NCBI GenBank assembly: GCA_021808285.1
Contig: JAKBBV010000009.1
Span: 952-64,951 of the forward strand
Length of the DNA: 64,000 bases
Reading direction: 5' to 3'
Origin: Pseudomonadota bacterium
Lineage (GTDB): Bacteria > Pseudomonadota > Alphaproteobacteria > Caulobacterales > Caulobacteraceae
Numbering within the stretch: position 1 is the first letter of the stretch; each line of letters begins with the position of its first letter. Shown in pieces: positions 49,075-59,732 of the stretch. The position numbers and the translations under genes are program-made. The notes beneath the pieces were generated by a model that saw only the letters and a program-made list of their open reading frames with translations, was not told where the DNA came from and ran no database searches.

Positions 49075-50397
49075 ATGCGCTTGTCGCGCTTTTTTCTGCC
49101 CCTCCTCAAGGAAACCCCCTCAGAGGCCCAGATCGTCTCGCACCGCCTGATGTTGAGGGCGGGGATGCTTCGCCAGGAGGCGGCGGGCATCTATGCGTGG
49201 CTGCCGCTCGGCCACCGGGTGCTGCGCAAGATCGAGGAGATCGTCCGCCAGGAGATGGACCGCGCCGGGGCCGTGGAGCTGTTGATGCCGACCCTGCAAC
49301 TCGCCGATCTGTGGCGGGAAAGCGGGCGCTATGACGACTATGGCGCGGAGATGCTGCGCATCACCGATCGCCACGAGCGCGAGCTGCTCTATGGTCCGAC
49401 CAATGAGGAGATGATCACCGAGATCTTCCGGGCCTATGTGCGCTCCTACAAGGCGCTGCCGCTGAACCTCTACCACATCCAATGGAAATTCCGCGACGAG
49501 CAGCGCCCCCGTTTCGGCGTCATGCGCGGTCGCGAGTTCCTGATGAAGGACGCCTATTCCTTCGATCTCGACGAAGCGGGGGGCAAGGCGGCCTACAACC
49601 GCATGTTCGTGGCCTATCTGCGCACCTTCGCCCGCATGGGGCTGAAGGCCATTCCGATGCAGGCCGAGAGCGGCCCCATCGGCGGGGAGCTCAGCCACGA
49701 GTTCATTGTTCTGGCCCAGACCGGGGAGTCGGCCGTCTATCTGGACCGCCGCATTCTCGACCTGCCGATCCCGGATGAGACCGTGGACTATGGCTCCGAT
49801 CTCGCCGGGGTGGTCGCCGACTGGACCGGGCGGTTTTACGCCGCGACCGAGGATGTCCATGACCCCTCGCGCTTCGAGGCCCGGACTCCAGAAGACGATA
49901 GGGTCACCGCGCGGGGGATCGAGGTCGGCCAGACCTTCTTCTTCGGCGACAAATACTCCAAGCCCATGAAGGCCGTGGTCAGCGGTCCCGACGGGGTGGA
50001 GCGTCCGGCGCAGATGGGCAGCTATGGCATCGGGGTCTCGCGACTTCTGGGCGCCATCATCGAGGCCAGCCATGACGAGGCCGGGATCATCTGGCCCGAG
50101 CCGGTGGCTCCCTTCGGCGTCGGCATCGTCAGCCTTCGGCCCGGAGATCCCGCAGTCGATGCAGCCTGCGAGAAGGCCTATGACGCCCTCACCGCGGCCG
50201 GCAAGGAGCCGCTCTACGACGATACCGATGATCGTCCGGGGGCGAAGTTCGCGGCCATGGATCTCATCGGCCTTCCCTGGCAGCTGATCATCGGTCCGCG
50301 GGGTCTGGCCGAGGGGCAGGTCGAGCTCAAGCGCCGGGCCACGGGCGAGCGCCAGTCCGTGTCGCTGGCGCGGGCGCTGGAGATCGTGGGGGCGTGA
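49075..50397 (+). CDS. proS: Prolyl-tRNA ligase (short form without editing domain)
   Basis: [46 protein letters not shown]; 440 aa. Confidence 0.97.
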   Translation: MRLSRFFLPLLKETPSEAQIVSHRLMLRAGMLRQEAAGIYAWLPLGHRVLRKIEEIVRQEMDRAGAVELLMPTLQLADLWRESGRYDDYGAEMLRITDRHERELLYGPTNEEMITEIFRAYVRSYKALPLNLYHIQWKFRDEQRPRFGVMRGREFLMKDAYSFDLDEAGGKAAYNRMFVAYLRTFARMGLKAIPMQAESGPIGGELSHEFIVLAQTGESAVYLDRRILDLPIPDETVDYGSDLAGVVADWTGRFYAATEDVHDPSRFEARTPEDDRVTARGIEVGQTFFFGDKYSKPMKAVVSGPDGVERPAQMGSYGIGVSRLLGAIIEASHDEAGIIWPEPVAPFGVGIVSLRPGDPAVDAACEKAYDALTAAGKEPLYDDTDDRPGAKFAAMDLIGLPWQLIIGPRGLAEGQVELKRRATGERQSVSLARALEIVGA

Positions 50398-51686
50398 CCT
50401 CCAAGGCCGTGCGCCCCAACTCCGCCGCGCCGTTTTCGGCCTGGGAGCGGGCCATCGCCTGGCGCTATCTGTTCGCGAAGCGCAGCCAGGGCGGGGTGGC
50501 CCTGATCTCCGCCATCTCCTTTGCCGCCATCGCCCTGGCGGTGGCCTCCCTGATCATCACCCTGTCGATCATGAACGGCTTCCGCAGCGAGCTGTCGGCC
50601 AAGATTCTGGGTTTCAACGGCCACGCCTTCGTGGTCGACGGTCAGGCCGATGTGGGCGATCTCGGCCCGATCATCACCCGCCTGCGGCAGGTTCCCGGCG
50701 TGACCCAGGCGATCCCCATGATCGAGTCCCAGGTCCTGGCCCAGGGGCCCGTCGCCGCCTCGGGCGCGGTGGTCAGGGGCATCCGGCCGCAGGACCTGCG
50801 CGCGACGCCGATCTTAGCCCACAACATCAAGGACGGATCGATCGCCCGCTTTGGCGAGGGCGACGACGGCGGCGACGAGGTCATTCTCGGCTCCCGGCTG
50901 GCCGAGACCCTGGGCGTGGGAGTGGGGGACTCGATCTCGTTGATTTCGCCTACCGGAGGCGAGACGGTGTTCGGCGACCTGCCGCCCTCCAAGAGCTATC
51001 GCGTGGCCGCGCTGTTCCAGGTGGGCATGAGTGAATACGACCAGACCTTCCTCTATATGCCGCTGCGCCAGGCCCAGCTGTTCCTGGGTCGGGGTCAGGC
51101 GGTGGACTTCATCGAGATTCGTCTCGCCGATCCGGACAAGTCGCCCGCCCTCAAGCCCGCCCTGGCGGCGGCGGCGGGCCCCGGCGCGGTGGTGTCCGAC
51201 TGGACCGAGCGCAACAAGGCCTATTTCGGGGCCTTGCAGGTCGAGCACAATGTGATGCGCATGATCTTCATGTTCATCGTCGCCCTGGCGGCACTGAACA
51301 TCATCTCGGGCCTGGTCATGCTGGTGAAGAACAAGGGACGCGACATCGCCATCCTGCGCACCGTGGGCGCCAGCCGGGGCGCCATCCTGCGCATCTTCTT
51401 CATGGCCGGGGCCAGCATCGGCGTCGCAGGGGCGATGGCCGGCCTGATGTTCGGCGTCGCCTTCTGCCTCAATATCGAGACCATCCAGCGCTTCATCGAG
51501 TGGATCACCGGCGTCCAGATCTTCAATTCCGAGGTCTATTTCCTGTCCCACGTTCCCGAGAGGATCGATTGGGGCGAGGTCGCCGGGGTCATGGCCTGGG
51601 CGCTGGGCGCGTCATTCCTCTTTACCCTGCTGCCGGCCTGGCGGGCCTCGCGGCTCGATCCGGTCGAGGCGCTTCGCTATGAGTGA
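50394..51686 (+). CDS. lolE: Lipoprotein-releasing ABC permease LolC/LolE
   Basis: [53 protein letters not shown]. Confidence 0.92.
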   Translation: MTSKAVRPNSAAPFSAWERAIAWRYLFAKRSQGGVALISAISFAAIALAVASLIITLSIMNGFRSELSAKILGFNGHAFVVDGQADVGDLGPIITRLRQVPGVTQAIPMIESQVLAQGPVAASGAVVRGIRPQDLRATPILAHNIKDGSIARFGEGDDGGDEVILGSRLAETLGVGVGDSISLISPTGGETVFGDLPPSKSYRVAALFQVGMSEYDQTFLYMPLRQAQLFLGRGQAVDFIEIRLADPDKSPALKPALAAAAGPGAVVSDWTERNKAYFGALQVEHNVMRMIFMFIVALAALNIISGLVMLVKNKGRDIAILRTVGASRGAILRIFFMAGASIGVAGAMAGLMFGVAFCLNIETIQRFIEWITGVQIFNSEVYFLSHVPERIDWGEVAGVMAWALGASFLFTLLPAWRASRLDPVEALRYE

Positions 51687-52359
51687 GGCGGTCCTTGAAC
51701 TGCGCGATCTTCATCGGACCTATCAGGGCGCCGACGGGCCCATCGAGGTCCTCCGGGGCGTCGACCTCGCGATCGCGCCTGGGGAGATCGTGGGCCTGAT
51801 CGGGCCCTCGGGCTCGGGCAAATCCTCCCTGCTTCACGCCGCGGGGCTCCTGGAGCGTCCGACGAGGGGCGTGGTGAGGGTCGCGGGTCAGGAGGGCTCG
51901 GATCTGAGCGAGGCCCAGCGCACGCGCCTGAGGCGTCACGCCCTTGGCTTCGTTTACCAGTTCCACCACCTCCTGGCCGAGTTCAGCGCCCTCGACAACG
52001 TCGCCATGCCCGCGGAGATGGCGGGGCTGTCGCGCAAGGCGGCGCGGGATCGGGCGCGGGAGCTCCTGGACCGTCTTGGCCTCACGCCGCGCCTGGATCA
52101 TCAGCCGGCCCGCCTGTCCGGCGGCGAGCAGCAACGCGTGGCGGTGGCCCGGGCGCTCGTCAATCGCCCCAAGCTTCTCCTGGCGGATGAACCCACCGGC
52201 AATCTCGACGCCGCCGCCTCCGAGGCGGTGTTCGCCAGCATTCGCGATCTCAGCCGCTCGCTGGGGGTCGCCGCCCTCATCGCCACGCATAACCTCGACC
52301 TGGCCGGGAAGATGGACCGGGTCCTGGCGCTCCGCTCGGGCCGGATCTCAGCCGGGTAG
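51679..52359 (+). CDS. lolD: Lipoprotein-releasing ABC ATPase
   Basis: GPSGSGKS, GFVYQFHHLL, LSGGEQQRVA, DEPTGNLD, ATH. Confidence 0.95.
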   Translation: MSEAVLELRDLHRTYQGADGPIEVLRGVDLAIAPGEIVGLIGPSGSGKSSLLHAAGLLERPTRGVVRVAGQEGSDLSEAQRTRLRRHALGFVYQFHHLLAEFSALDNVAMPAEMAGLSRKAARDRARELLDRLGLTPRLDHQPARLSGGEQQRVAVARALVNRPKLLLADEPTGNLDAAASEAVFASIRDLSRSLGVAALIATHNLDLAGKMDRVLALRSGRISAG

Positions 52360-52472
52360 AGCCTTTCCCGACCCGATCGGATCAGTCGGGTCGGACCAGA
52401 AAGGCTCTAAACTGGTGAGTTTAGAGCAAATTATCCCCGATCAGATGGCTCCTTCTGATGGGGTTTGCTCTA
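52357..52472. repeat. CIR-like (Caulobacter intergenic repeat) double-hairpin element, 116 bp
   Basis: Arm 1: TAGAGCCTTTC-CCGACCCGA...TCGGGTCGG-ACCA-GAAAGGCTCTA. Central GCTCTAAACT/AGTTTAGAGC. Arm 2: TAGAGCAAA...CCCC-ATCAGA...TCTGAT-GGGG-TTTGCTCTA. The first TAG is the lolD stop. Confidence 0.8.
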
Positions 52473-52654
52473 GGGGCGCCGGGCGTCCGCGGAGCGGGCG
52501 GCGACCGCGATCGCGATTCCGTGGGCGCGGACGTTCACATCTGGAGCGAATGTCGAGCTGACGGACTCGCGACGGACCCCGTCGTTGGCTTCAGGTCCCA
52601 TAATCTGCGCGCCATCTATCGGCCCAGACAGCTCCCATCCGGCCGGACGGCGTC

Positions 52655-53131
52655 TTAGAGCCGATCGCCGCGTCCCAGAGGGTCGGGGAGGGGCTGGCCC
52701 CGGGGCACGAACTGCAGCGACACCGAATTGATACAGTAGCGCAGCCCGGTCGGCCGGGGGCCATCGGGGAAGACATGGCCCTGGTGGCTGTCGCAACGCG
52801 CGCAGCGGGTCTCCACGCGGATCATGCCGTGACTGGCGTCGCGGACGCCCTTCACATGGGCCTCTTCGAAGGGCGCCCAGAAGCTCGGCCATCCGGTGCC
52901 GCTCTCGAACTTGGTGTGATGGCGGAACAGGGGCAGACCGCACAGCCGGCAGCAATAGACCCCATCATCCTTATTCTCGAGCAGGCCGCCGCAAAACGGC
53001 GCCTCGGTGCCATGGGCGAGCAGGACGTCCCGCTCGGCCCGGGTCAGACCGGCCTCCAGGCGGGCGCGCTCCGCCGCCGACGGCGGGCCAAGATCGAAGA
53101 CGGTCGAGGGTGCGGAATCGGATGCGGACAT
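52655..53131 (-). CDS. msrB: Peptide-methionine (R)-S-oxide reductase
   Basis: GTEAPF, CRLC, KFESGTGWPSF, CARCDSHQGHVFPDGP, RYCINS. Confidence 0.96.
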   Translation of the reverse strand: MSASDSAPSTVFDLGPPSAAERARLEAGLTRAERDVLLAHGTEAPFCGGLLENKDDGVYCCRLCGLPLFRHHTKFESGTGWPSFWAPFEEAHVKGVRDASHGMIRVETRCARCDSHQGHVFPDGPRPTGLRYCINSVSLQFVPRGQPLPDPLGRGDRL

Positions 53132-53262
53132 GGGCGAAGCTCGGGGCTGCCGGGGCCGACGGCGCGCCTGGGCGGCGTCCGCTTCCCCGTGGGCAAGGTT
53201 GTCAGCCGGCGAGAGCCCGGCTAGTCCGCAAGATAGTGATCGCGGCGGGCGGGTGTAACCAG

Positions 53263-55275
53263 ATGTTCTCCAAAATCCTGATCGCCAATCGCGGCGAGAT
53301 CGCGGTCCGGATCATCCGCACCTGTCGTCGGCTCGGCGTCGCCACCGTCGTGGTCTATTCGGAGGCCGATGCGGACTCCCTGGCCGTCGCCATGGCCGAC
53401 GAAAGCGTCTTCATCGGCCCCGCCCCAGCGAGCCAATCCTATCTCGTGGCGGAGAAGATCATCGCCGCCGCTCACGCCACCGGGGCCCAGGCGGTCCATC
53501 CTGGATTTGGCTTTCTGTCGGAGAAGGCGGAGTTCGCCCGCGCCTGCGCCGCGGCGGGCCTCGTCTTCATCGGCCCCAATCCCGACGCCATCGACGCCAT
53601 GGGCGACAAGATTCAGTCCAAGCGCTTCGCCGCCAAGGCGGGCGTCTCGGTCGTGCCGGGCCACGTGGGCGAGATCGAGGATACGGCCCACGCCATCACC
53701 ATCGCCGAGGGGATCGGCTACCCGGTCATGATCAAGGCTTCGGCCGGGGGTGGCGGCAAGGGCATCCGGGTGGCTTGGACCCGCCGCGATGTGGAGGAGG
53801 GTTTTCTCGCCGTGCGCGCCGAGGCCAAGGGCGCGTTCGGCGACGACCGCATCTTCATCGAGAAGTTCATCGAGGACCCGCGCCATGTGGAAATCCAGGT
53901 CCTGGGCGACAAACACGGCCATGTGATCCACCTCTTCGAGCGCGAGTGCTCGATCCAGCGGCGCAACCAGAAGGTCATCGAAGAGGCCCCGTCACCCCTG
54001 CTGGATGAGGCCACGCGCGCGGCCATGGGGGCCCAGGCCGTGGCTCTGGCCCGCGCCGTCAACTACGACTCCGCCGGAACCGTGGAGTTCGTCGCCGGTC
54101 AGGACCGGTCCTTCTACTTCCTCGAAATGAACACCCGCCTGCAGGTCGAGCATCCGGTGACCGAGATGATCACCGGCGTGGATCTGGTGGAGCAGATGCT
54201 GCGCGTGGCCGCCGGAGAGCCCCTGGCGCTCGATCAGGAGAGCCTGAAGATAAAGGGCTGGGCCATCGAGGGGCGCATCTATGCCGAGGATCCCTATCGC
54301 AAGTTCCTGCCCTCCATCGGCCGCCTGGTCCGTTATGCGCCCCCGGCGGAGGGGCCCCGGCAGGGATCGCTGGGCGAGGTGGCGGTCCGCAATGAGACCG
54401 GCGTGCGCGAGGGCGACGAGATCTCGACCTTCTATGATCCCATGATCGCCAAGCTCTGCGTCTGGGGGCCAAGCCGCGATGCGGCGGCCGCGGGCATGGG
54501 GCGCGCGCTCGAAGAGATGCATATCGAAGGGTTGTCGCACAACACGGCGTTTCTCTCGGCGGTGATGGAGCAGGCCCGTTTCCTCTCCGGCAAGCTCTCG
54601 ACCAACTATATCCCCACCGAGTTCCCTGACGGGTTCCAGGGCCTGTCCCCGGAGCCCTGGCAGGCCGACATCCTGCTCGCCGTGGCCGTCGCCGCCCATG
54701 ACCGCCTGACACGGCGGGCGCGAGCCGGCGCCGCGGTGTTCTCCGCCGGGCCGGTGCGCGGCGAATGGATCGTCGTGGCGGGGGAGGGCCGACGGCCCAT
54801 CGCGCTCACTCCCGCGGACGGCGGGCTGGATATCGCCTTGCTGGACGAGGGCCGGACCCTGACCCTGCGTGACGTGGACTGGCGGCCGGGCGCGGAGCTG
54901 TTCCGAGGGGTCCTTGACGGTCGGGCCTTCACCGCCGGCGTGACGCCCGCCGCAGAGGGATTCACGCTTCGTTTCCGGGCCGTCCGGCAGAGGGTGCTGG
55001 TCCTGACCCCGATCTCGGCGGAGCTGCACGGGAAGCTTCCGCCACGCACGCCTCCGGACACCTCGCGGATGGTCATCTCGCCCATGCCGGGCCTGGTGGT
55101 CTCGGTGGAGGTCAGCCCCGGCGAGGAGGTCAAGGCCGGACAGGGCCTTTGCGTCATCGAGGCCATGAAGATGCAGAACATCATCCGGGCGGAGCGCGAT
55201 GGGGTGGTGAAGCTCGTGAACGCCAAGCCGGGCGACAGCGTCGCGGCGGATGACGTCCTCGCGGAGTTCGCCTAA
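53263..55275 (+). CDS. pccA: Propionyl/acetyl-CoA carboxylase alpha subunit (biotin carboxylase + BCCP)
   Basis: KILIANRGEIA, HPGFGFLSE, KASAGGGGKG, ERECSIQRRNQK, EMNTRLQVEH, EAMKM biotinylation site. Confidence 0.9.
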   Translation: MFSKILIANRGEIAVRIIRTCRRLGVATVVVYSEADADSLAVAMADESVFIGPAPASQSYLVAEKIIAAAHATGAQAVHPGFGFLSEKAEFARACAAAGLVFIGPNPDAIDAMGDKIQSKRFAAKAGVSVVPGHVGEIEDTAHAITIAEGIGYPVMIKASAGGGGKGIRVAWTRRDVEEGFLAVRAEAKGAFGDDRIFIEKFIEDPRHVEIQVLGDKHGHVIHLFERECSIQRRNQKVIEEAPSPLLDEATRAAMGAQAVALARAVNYDSAGTVEFVAGQDRSFYFLEMNTRLQVEHPVTEMITGVDLVEQMLRVAAGEPLALDQESLKIKGWAIEGRIYAEDPYRKFLPSIGRLVRYAPPAEGPRQGSLGEVAVRNETGVREGDEISTFYDPMIAKLCVWGPSRDAAAAGMGRALEEMHIEGLSHNTAFLSAVMEQARFLSGKLSTNYIPTEFPDGFQGLSPEPWQADILLAVAVAAHDRLTRRARAGAAVFSAGPVRGEWIVVAGEGRRPIALTPADGGLDIALLDEGRTLTLRDVDWRPGAELFRGVLDGRAFTAGVTPAAEGFTLRFRAVRQRVLVLTPISAELHGKLPPRTPPDTSRMVISPMPGLVVSVEVSPGEEVKAGQGLCVIEAMKMQNIIRAERDGVVKLVNAKPGDSVAADDVLAEFA

Positions 55276-55356
55276 AGCTTCGGCTATCGAGCGCGGAGGA
55301 CGCGGCCGGCCCGTATCGTGGGGTGGCCCCCCGCGCCTGTAACGCCTGGAGAGTGC

Positions 55357-56844
55357 ATGCAGATTGAATTCGTCGCCGCCGATGCTCCCGTCGCCGCGGC
55401 TTCCGCCGTAGGGGTCCTGGCCTTCGACAAGGCCCGGCTCTCGCCAGAGGCGGCGCGGCTGGACGCCGAGAGCGGGGGCGTGCTGAGCCGGGCGATGTCC
55501 GCCTCACGCTTCACTGGGGCGGTCGGCCAGACCGTCGACATCCTGGCCCCCGCGAATCTGGCCTGCGGCCGGTTGACCGTGCTGGGCGCCGGGGACGAGG
55601 CCGGGCTCGACGCCATGCGCATGGAAACGATCGCCGCCTATGCCTATCAGGGGGTCAAGACCAGCGGCGCCGAACAGCTCGAGCTGCGCCTGGGTGAGCT
55701 TGACGGGGCTGAAATGGCGTCCGCCGCGGCCTTCGGGATCCGCCTCGCCAGCTATCGATTTGACCGTTATCGCACGACCGAAAAGCCGGAGAAGAGGCCC
55801 TCCATCCGTCTGGTCCAGATCGCCTGCCGGGACCCCAAGGCGGCGCAGACCGCCTATGCCGGGAAGGCCGGGCTGGCCAATGCGGTTCTGTTCGCCCGCG
55901 ACCTGGTCTCCGAGCCTGCGAATATCCTCTATCCGGAATCCTTCGCCCGCCGGGTGCGCGAGCTGGCCTCGCTGGGCCTGGAGATCGAGATCCTCGGCGA
56001 AAAGGAGATGGCGGCCCTGGGCATGGGCTCGCTGCTGGGCGTGGGCCAGGGCAGCGTGCGGGAAAGCCAGCTGGCGGTCATGCAGTGGAAGGGAGCGTCC
56101 GATCCGGACGCCGCGCCCATCGCCTTCGTCGGCAAGGGCGTCTGTTTCGATACCGGCGGCATCAGCCTCAAGTCGGCCGAAGGCATGGAGGAAATGGTCA
56201 CCGACATGGGCGGCGCTGCGGCCGTCGCCGGCCTCATGTACGCCCTGGCCTCGCGCAAGGCCAAGGTCAACGCCGTGGGCATTCTGGGGCTGGTGGAGAA
56301 CATGCCGGACGGAAACGCCCAGAGGCCCGGCGACGTGGTCACCTCAATGTCCGGCCAGACCATCGAGGTCATCAATACCGACGCGGAAGGGCGGCTCGTC
56401 CTCGCCGACGCCCTCTGGTACTGCCACGATCGGTTCAAGCCGCGCTTCATGGTCGATCTGGCGACCCTGACCGGGGCCATCATCGTCGCCCTCGGCAAGG
56501 ACTATGCCGGCCTCTTCAGCAACGATGATGAGCTGGCCGAGCGCCTCCTGGCCGCGTCCAAGGCCACGGGCGAGGCCCTGTGGCGCATGCCCTTGCCGCC
56601 GCAATACGACAAGAACCTGGATAGCGCCGTGGCGGATATGAAGAATGTCGGTCCGCGCTATGGCGGCTCGATCACCGCCGCCCTGTTCATTCAGAGGTTC
56701 GTCGCCGGCCGCCCCTGGGCGCATCTCGACATCGCCTCCACGGCGCACAAGCCCAACTCCACGATCCCGACGATTCCCAGCGGCGCCACGGGATTTGGCG
56801 TGCGCCTCCTCGACCGCCTCGTCGCCGACCATTACGAGAGCTGA
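55357..56844 (+). CDS. pepA: Leucyl aminopeptidase (M17)
   Basis: [36 protein letters not shown]. Confidence 0.96.
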   Translation: MQIEFVAADAPVAAASAVGVLAFDKARLSPEAARLDAESGGVLSRAMSASRFTGAVGQTVDILAPANLACGRLTVLGAGDEAGLDAMRMETIAAYAYQGVKTSGAEQLELRLGELDGAEMASAAAFGIRLASYRFDRYRTTEKPEKRPSIRLVQIACRDPKAAQTAYAGKAGLANAVLFARDLVSEPANILYPESFARRVRELASLGLEIEILGEKEMAALGMGSLLGVGQGSVRESQLAVMQWKGASDPDAAPIAFVGKGVCFDTGGISLKSAEGMEEMVTDMGGAAAVAGLMYALASRKAKVNAVGILGLVENMPDGNAQRPGDVVTSMSGQTIEVINTDAEGRLVLADALWYCHDRFKPRFMVDLATLTGAIIVALGKDYAGLFSNDDELAERLLAASKATGEALWRMPLPPQYDKNLDSAVADMKNVGPRYGGSITAALFIQRFVAGRPWAHLDIASTAHKPNSTIPTIPSGATGFGVRLLDRLVADHYES

Positions 56845-56851
56845 TGCGCCG

Positions 56852-57310
56852 ATGAGCGGCGGGCCCTGCGAGGTCTGGTTCTATCATCTGGAGCGCTCCA
56901 GTCTCGAACAGGTCCTGCCGGAGCTTCTCGGACGGACCCTGGCGCGGGGCTGGAGGGCGGAGGTGTGCAACCCCGACGAGGCCTTCCGCAAGCGCCTGGA
57001 CGAGCACCTGTGGACCTTTCGCGACGAGTCCTTCCTCGCCCATGGCCCCGCGGGCGACAGCTTCTCCTCGCGCCAGCCGATCCTGATCAGCGCGGCGCCG
57101 ACGCGGCAGAATGGCGCCCAGGCGCTGTTCGCCCTCGGCGAGGAGATCGGGGAGCTTGAGGGTTTCGACCGCTGCATCCTCATCTTCGACGGCCATGATG
57201 CGGCCAAGGTCGCCGCCGCGCGCGAGGCCTGGAAGACCTGCAAGGCGAGGAACCTTCCCGTCTCCTACTGGCGCCAGGGCGAAACCGGTGGCTGGTCCCG
57301 CGAGGCCTGA
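56852..57310 (+). CDS. holC: DNA polymerase III chi subunit
   Basis: VWFYHL, LDEHLWTF...SFLAHG, QPILI, AREAWK; pepA-holC synteny. Confidence 0.92.
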   Translation: MSGGPCEVWFYHLERSSLEQVLPELLGRTLARGWRAEVCNPDEAFRKRLDEHLWTFRDESFLAHGPAGDSFSSRQPILISAAPTRQNGAQALFALGEEIGELEGFDRCILIFDGHDAAKVAAAREAWKTCKARNLPVSYWRQGETGGWSREA

Positions 57311-57317
57311 AGTCTGG

Positions 57318-59171
57318 TCAGGGCGCCGCGGGGTCGAGCTGTTCGGCCAGGGCCATCCACTCTGCCTCGGCTTCAGCCAGTCGCATCCGCGCGGCTTCGA
57401 GATCCGCCTCAAGGCGCAGGGCGTTCTGACGCTCTGAGAACGCTCCGGGTTCGGCCATGCGCGTCTCGAGCCGCCGCACCTCGGCGGCGCCGGCCGCCAG
57501 CCGCGCCTCGGCCGATTTCAGGTTGCGGGCGAGCCAGGCCTGGGACGGTCCCGCCGAACGCGCAGGCGCGGATTTGGACGTCGCCGCAGGGCGGCGCGGG
57601 GAGCCGGCCTGTCGGGCGCGGGCCAGCACATGCCGGGCATAGTCGTCCATATCGCCCTCGAAGGGACGGATCGTCCCCTCGTCCACCAGCCAGAGCCGAT
57701 CCGCCGCCATCTCCATCAGCCCCCGGTCGTGGGTGATCAGGAGCACGGCGCCGCCATAGTCATTCAGGGCGTCGCGCAGGGCGGCGCGGCTGTCGATATC
57801 CAGGTGGTTGGTGGGCTCGTCGAGGATCAGGAGGTGAGGGGCCTTCATCGCCACCAGATTGAGCAGCAGGCGCGCGCGCTCGCCCCCGGACAGGCTGGCG
57901 ACCTTGGTGGCGACCTTGTCGGCCTTCATGCCGAACTGGGCGAGGCGCGAACGGCGCTGCGATTCCGTCGCCTCCGGCAGAGCCCGACGGATGATGTCCA
58001 GCGGCGTGTCGTCCGGGTCCATGGCCTCGATCTGGTGCTGGTGGAACCAGCCGACCCGCAGACGCGGATCGATCCGCATGGCGCCGTCGCCGGGGAGGTC
58101 CCCCGCCAGGAGCTTGGCGAAGGTGCTCTTGCCCGAGCCGTTGACGCCCAGCAGTCCAATTCGGTCATCCAGATCGATGCGCAGGTCCAGAGCCTTGAGG
58201 ATCGGCGCCCCGCCATAGCCGACGCTCACCCCTTCGAGACGCGCCAGGGGAGGGGCGAGGGGGCGCTCCGGCGACGGCAGCAGGAAAGGGGCCACATCCG
58301 GTTCGATGGCCGGCGCAGCATCGGCGAGGCGGGCGATCATCTTGACCCGCGACTGGGCCTGCCGGGCCTTGCTGGCCTTGGCGCCGAACCGGTCGACGAA
58401 CGACTGGAGATGGGCGCGGCGGGCCTCGATCTTGTCGCGCGTGGCCAGGTCCAGACGCAGGCGCTCGGCCTTGACCCGCTCGAAGCGCGAATAGTTGCCG
58501 GGATAGTAGTCGAGCTTTCCCTCTGAAAGGTGGAGGATGCCGTCCACCGCCTGGTCGAGCAGGTCGCGGTCGTGGCTGATGATGAGGGCCGCGCGCGGAT
58601 AGGCCTTGAGCCGGGCCTCGAGCCAGAGCGCGCCTTCGAGGTCCAGATAGTTGGTCGGCTCGTCCAGCAGCAGGAACTCCGGCTCGGCGAACAGGGCCGC
58701 GGCCATGGCCACGCGCATGCGCCAGCCGCCCGAGAACTCCGCCATGGGTCGCGCCAGGTCGCCTTGCGAGAAGCCGAGGCCATGCAGAATCTCCGCCGCC
58801 CGCGCCGGGGCCCGATCCGCCTCGATCTCCTCCAGACGCGAATAGATATCGGCCAGACGCTCTGGCGGGGCGGTGTCGAGGGATCGCAAGAGATCCGCGC
58901 GCTCCTGGTGTGCCTCAAGCACGGTGTCCAGGAGCGGGACCGCCGTCGCCGGATGCTCCTGATCGACCGAGGCGATGCGGGCGCCCCGCGGCATCGTGAT
59001 CTCACCGCCGCCGGCGGCCAGTTCGCCCTTGATGAGCCGGAACAGGGTGGATTTGCCGATGCCGTTGCGGCCCACAAGTCCGACCTTGGCGTTGGTGGGG
59101 ATGAGAGCGCTGGCCCCATCGAAGAAGCGCCGGCCCCAGGCGTCGAAGATCAGATTCTCGATCCGCAGCAT
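57318..59171 (-). CDS. ABC-F family ribosome-associated ATPase (YheS-like)
   Basis: Two ABC domains (GRNGIGKS / FSGGWRMR / LDEPTNYLD and GVNGSGKS / LSGGERAR / LDEPTNHLD); no TM segments. Confidence 0.93.
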   Translation of the reverse strand: MLRIENLIFDAWGRRFFDGASALIPTNAKVGLVGRNGIGKSTLFRLIKGELAAGGGEITMPRGARIASVDQEHPATAVPLLDTVLEAHQERADLLRSLDTAPPERLADIYSRLEEIEADRAPARAAEILHGLGFSQGDLARPMAEFSGGWRMRVAMAAALFAEPEFLLLDEPTNYLDLEGALWLEARLKAYPRAALIISHDRDLLDQAVDGILHLSEGKLDYYPGNYSRFERVKAERLRLDLATRDKIEARRAHLQSFVDRFGAKASKARQAQSRVKMIARLADAAPAIEPDVAPFLLPSPERPLAPPLARLEGVSVGYGGAPILKALDLRIDLDDRIGLLGVNGSGKSTFAKLLAGDLPGDGAMRIDPRLRVGWFHQHQIEAMDPDDTPLDIIRRALPEATESQRRSRLAQFGMKADKVATKVASLSGGERARLLLNLVAMKAPHLLILDEPTNHLDIDSRAALRDALNDYGGAVLLITHDRGLMEMAADRLWLVDEGTIRPFEGDMDDYARHVLARARQAGSPRRPAATSKSAPARSAGPSQAWLARNLKSAEARLAAGAAEVRRLETRMAEPGAFSERQNALRLEADLEAARMRLAEAEAEWMALAEQLDPAAP

Positions 59172-59285
59172 GGCAAGGGGGCTCGTCTGGGCTGAAAAGT
59201 CGGGTCCGGCGCGCCTTGGCGCGGTGGGAGTGCGCCGCTATAAGCCCCGCTCCTCAATCGAACCACACCAGTTGTCGAGTATTTC

Positions 59286-59705
59286 ATGACCGAACGCACC
59301 TTCTCGATCATCAAGCCGGACGCCACCCAGCGGAACCTCACCGGCGCCATCAACGCCATGATCGAGGCCGCCGGCCTGCGCATCGTCGCCCAGCGCCGCA
59401 TCCTGATGACCAAGGAGCAGGCCGAGGATTTCTACGACGTCCACCGCGAGCGCCCCTTCTATGGCGAACTGGTGGAGTTCATGACCTCGGCCCCGGTGGT
59501 CGTGCAGGTCCTCGAAGGCCCCAACGCCGTGGTGCGCTACCGCGAGGTCATGGGCGCCACGAACCCGGCTGACGCCGCCGAGGGCACGATCCGTAAGGCG
59601 CACGCCCTTTCGGTCGGCGAAAACTCGGTTCACGGCTCGGACAGCCTTGAGAACGCCAAGATCGAGATCGCCCAGTTCTTCGACGAAGGCGACATCGTCG
59701 GCTGA
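59286..59705 (+). CDS. ndk: Nucleoside-diphosphate kinase
   Basis: [26 protein letters not shown]. Confidence 0.98.
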   Translation: MTERTFSIIKPDATQRNLTGAINAMIEAAGLRIVAQRRILMTKEQAEDFYDVHRERPFYGELVEFMTSAPVVVQVLEGPNAVVRYREVMGATNPADAAEGTIRKAHALSVGENSVHGSDSLENAKIEIAQFFDEGDIVG

Positions 59706-59732
59706 TCCCAGCGGCCGCCAGCGAGGCGGCGA

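Noticed and set aside
480-52568. Frequent intergenic GANTC sites (e.g. 480, 8574, 8606, 10190, 11679, 12409, 24969, 24985, 28862, 31882, 52515, 52564) as CcrM control elements
   Set aside because: Consistent with CcrM biology, but the density is roughly what chance gives at this GC content; a proper coding versus intergenic count is needed.
52473-52654. Small ORFs between the CIR element and msrB
   Set aside because: No recognisable motif, RBS or typical codon bias.
52655-53131. Selenocysteine MsrB or stop-codon readthrough
   Set aside because: The catalytic residue is an ordinary Cys (RYCINS) with no in-frame TGA.
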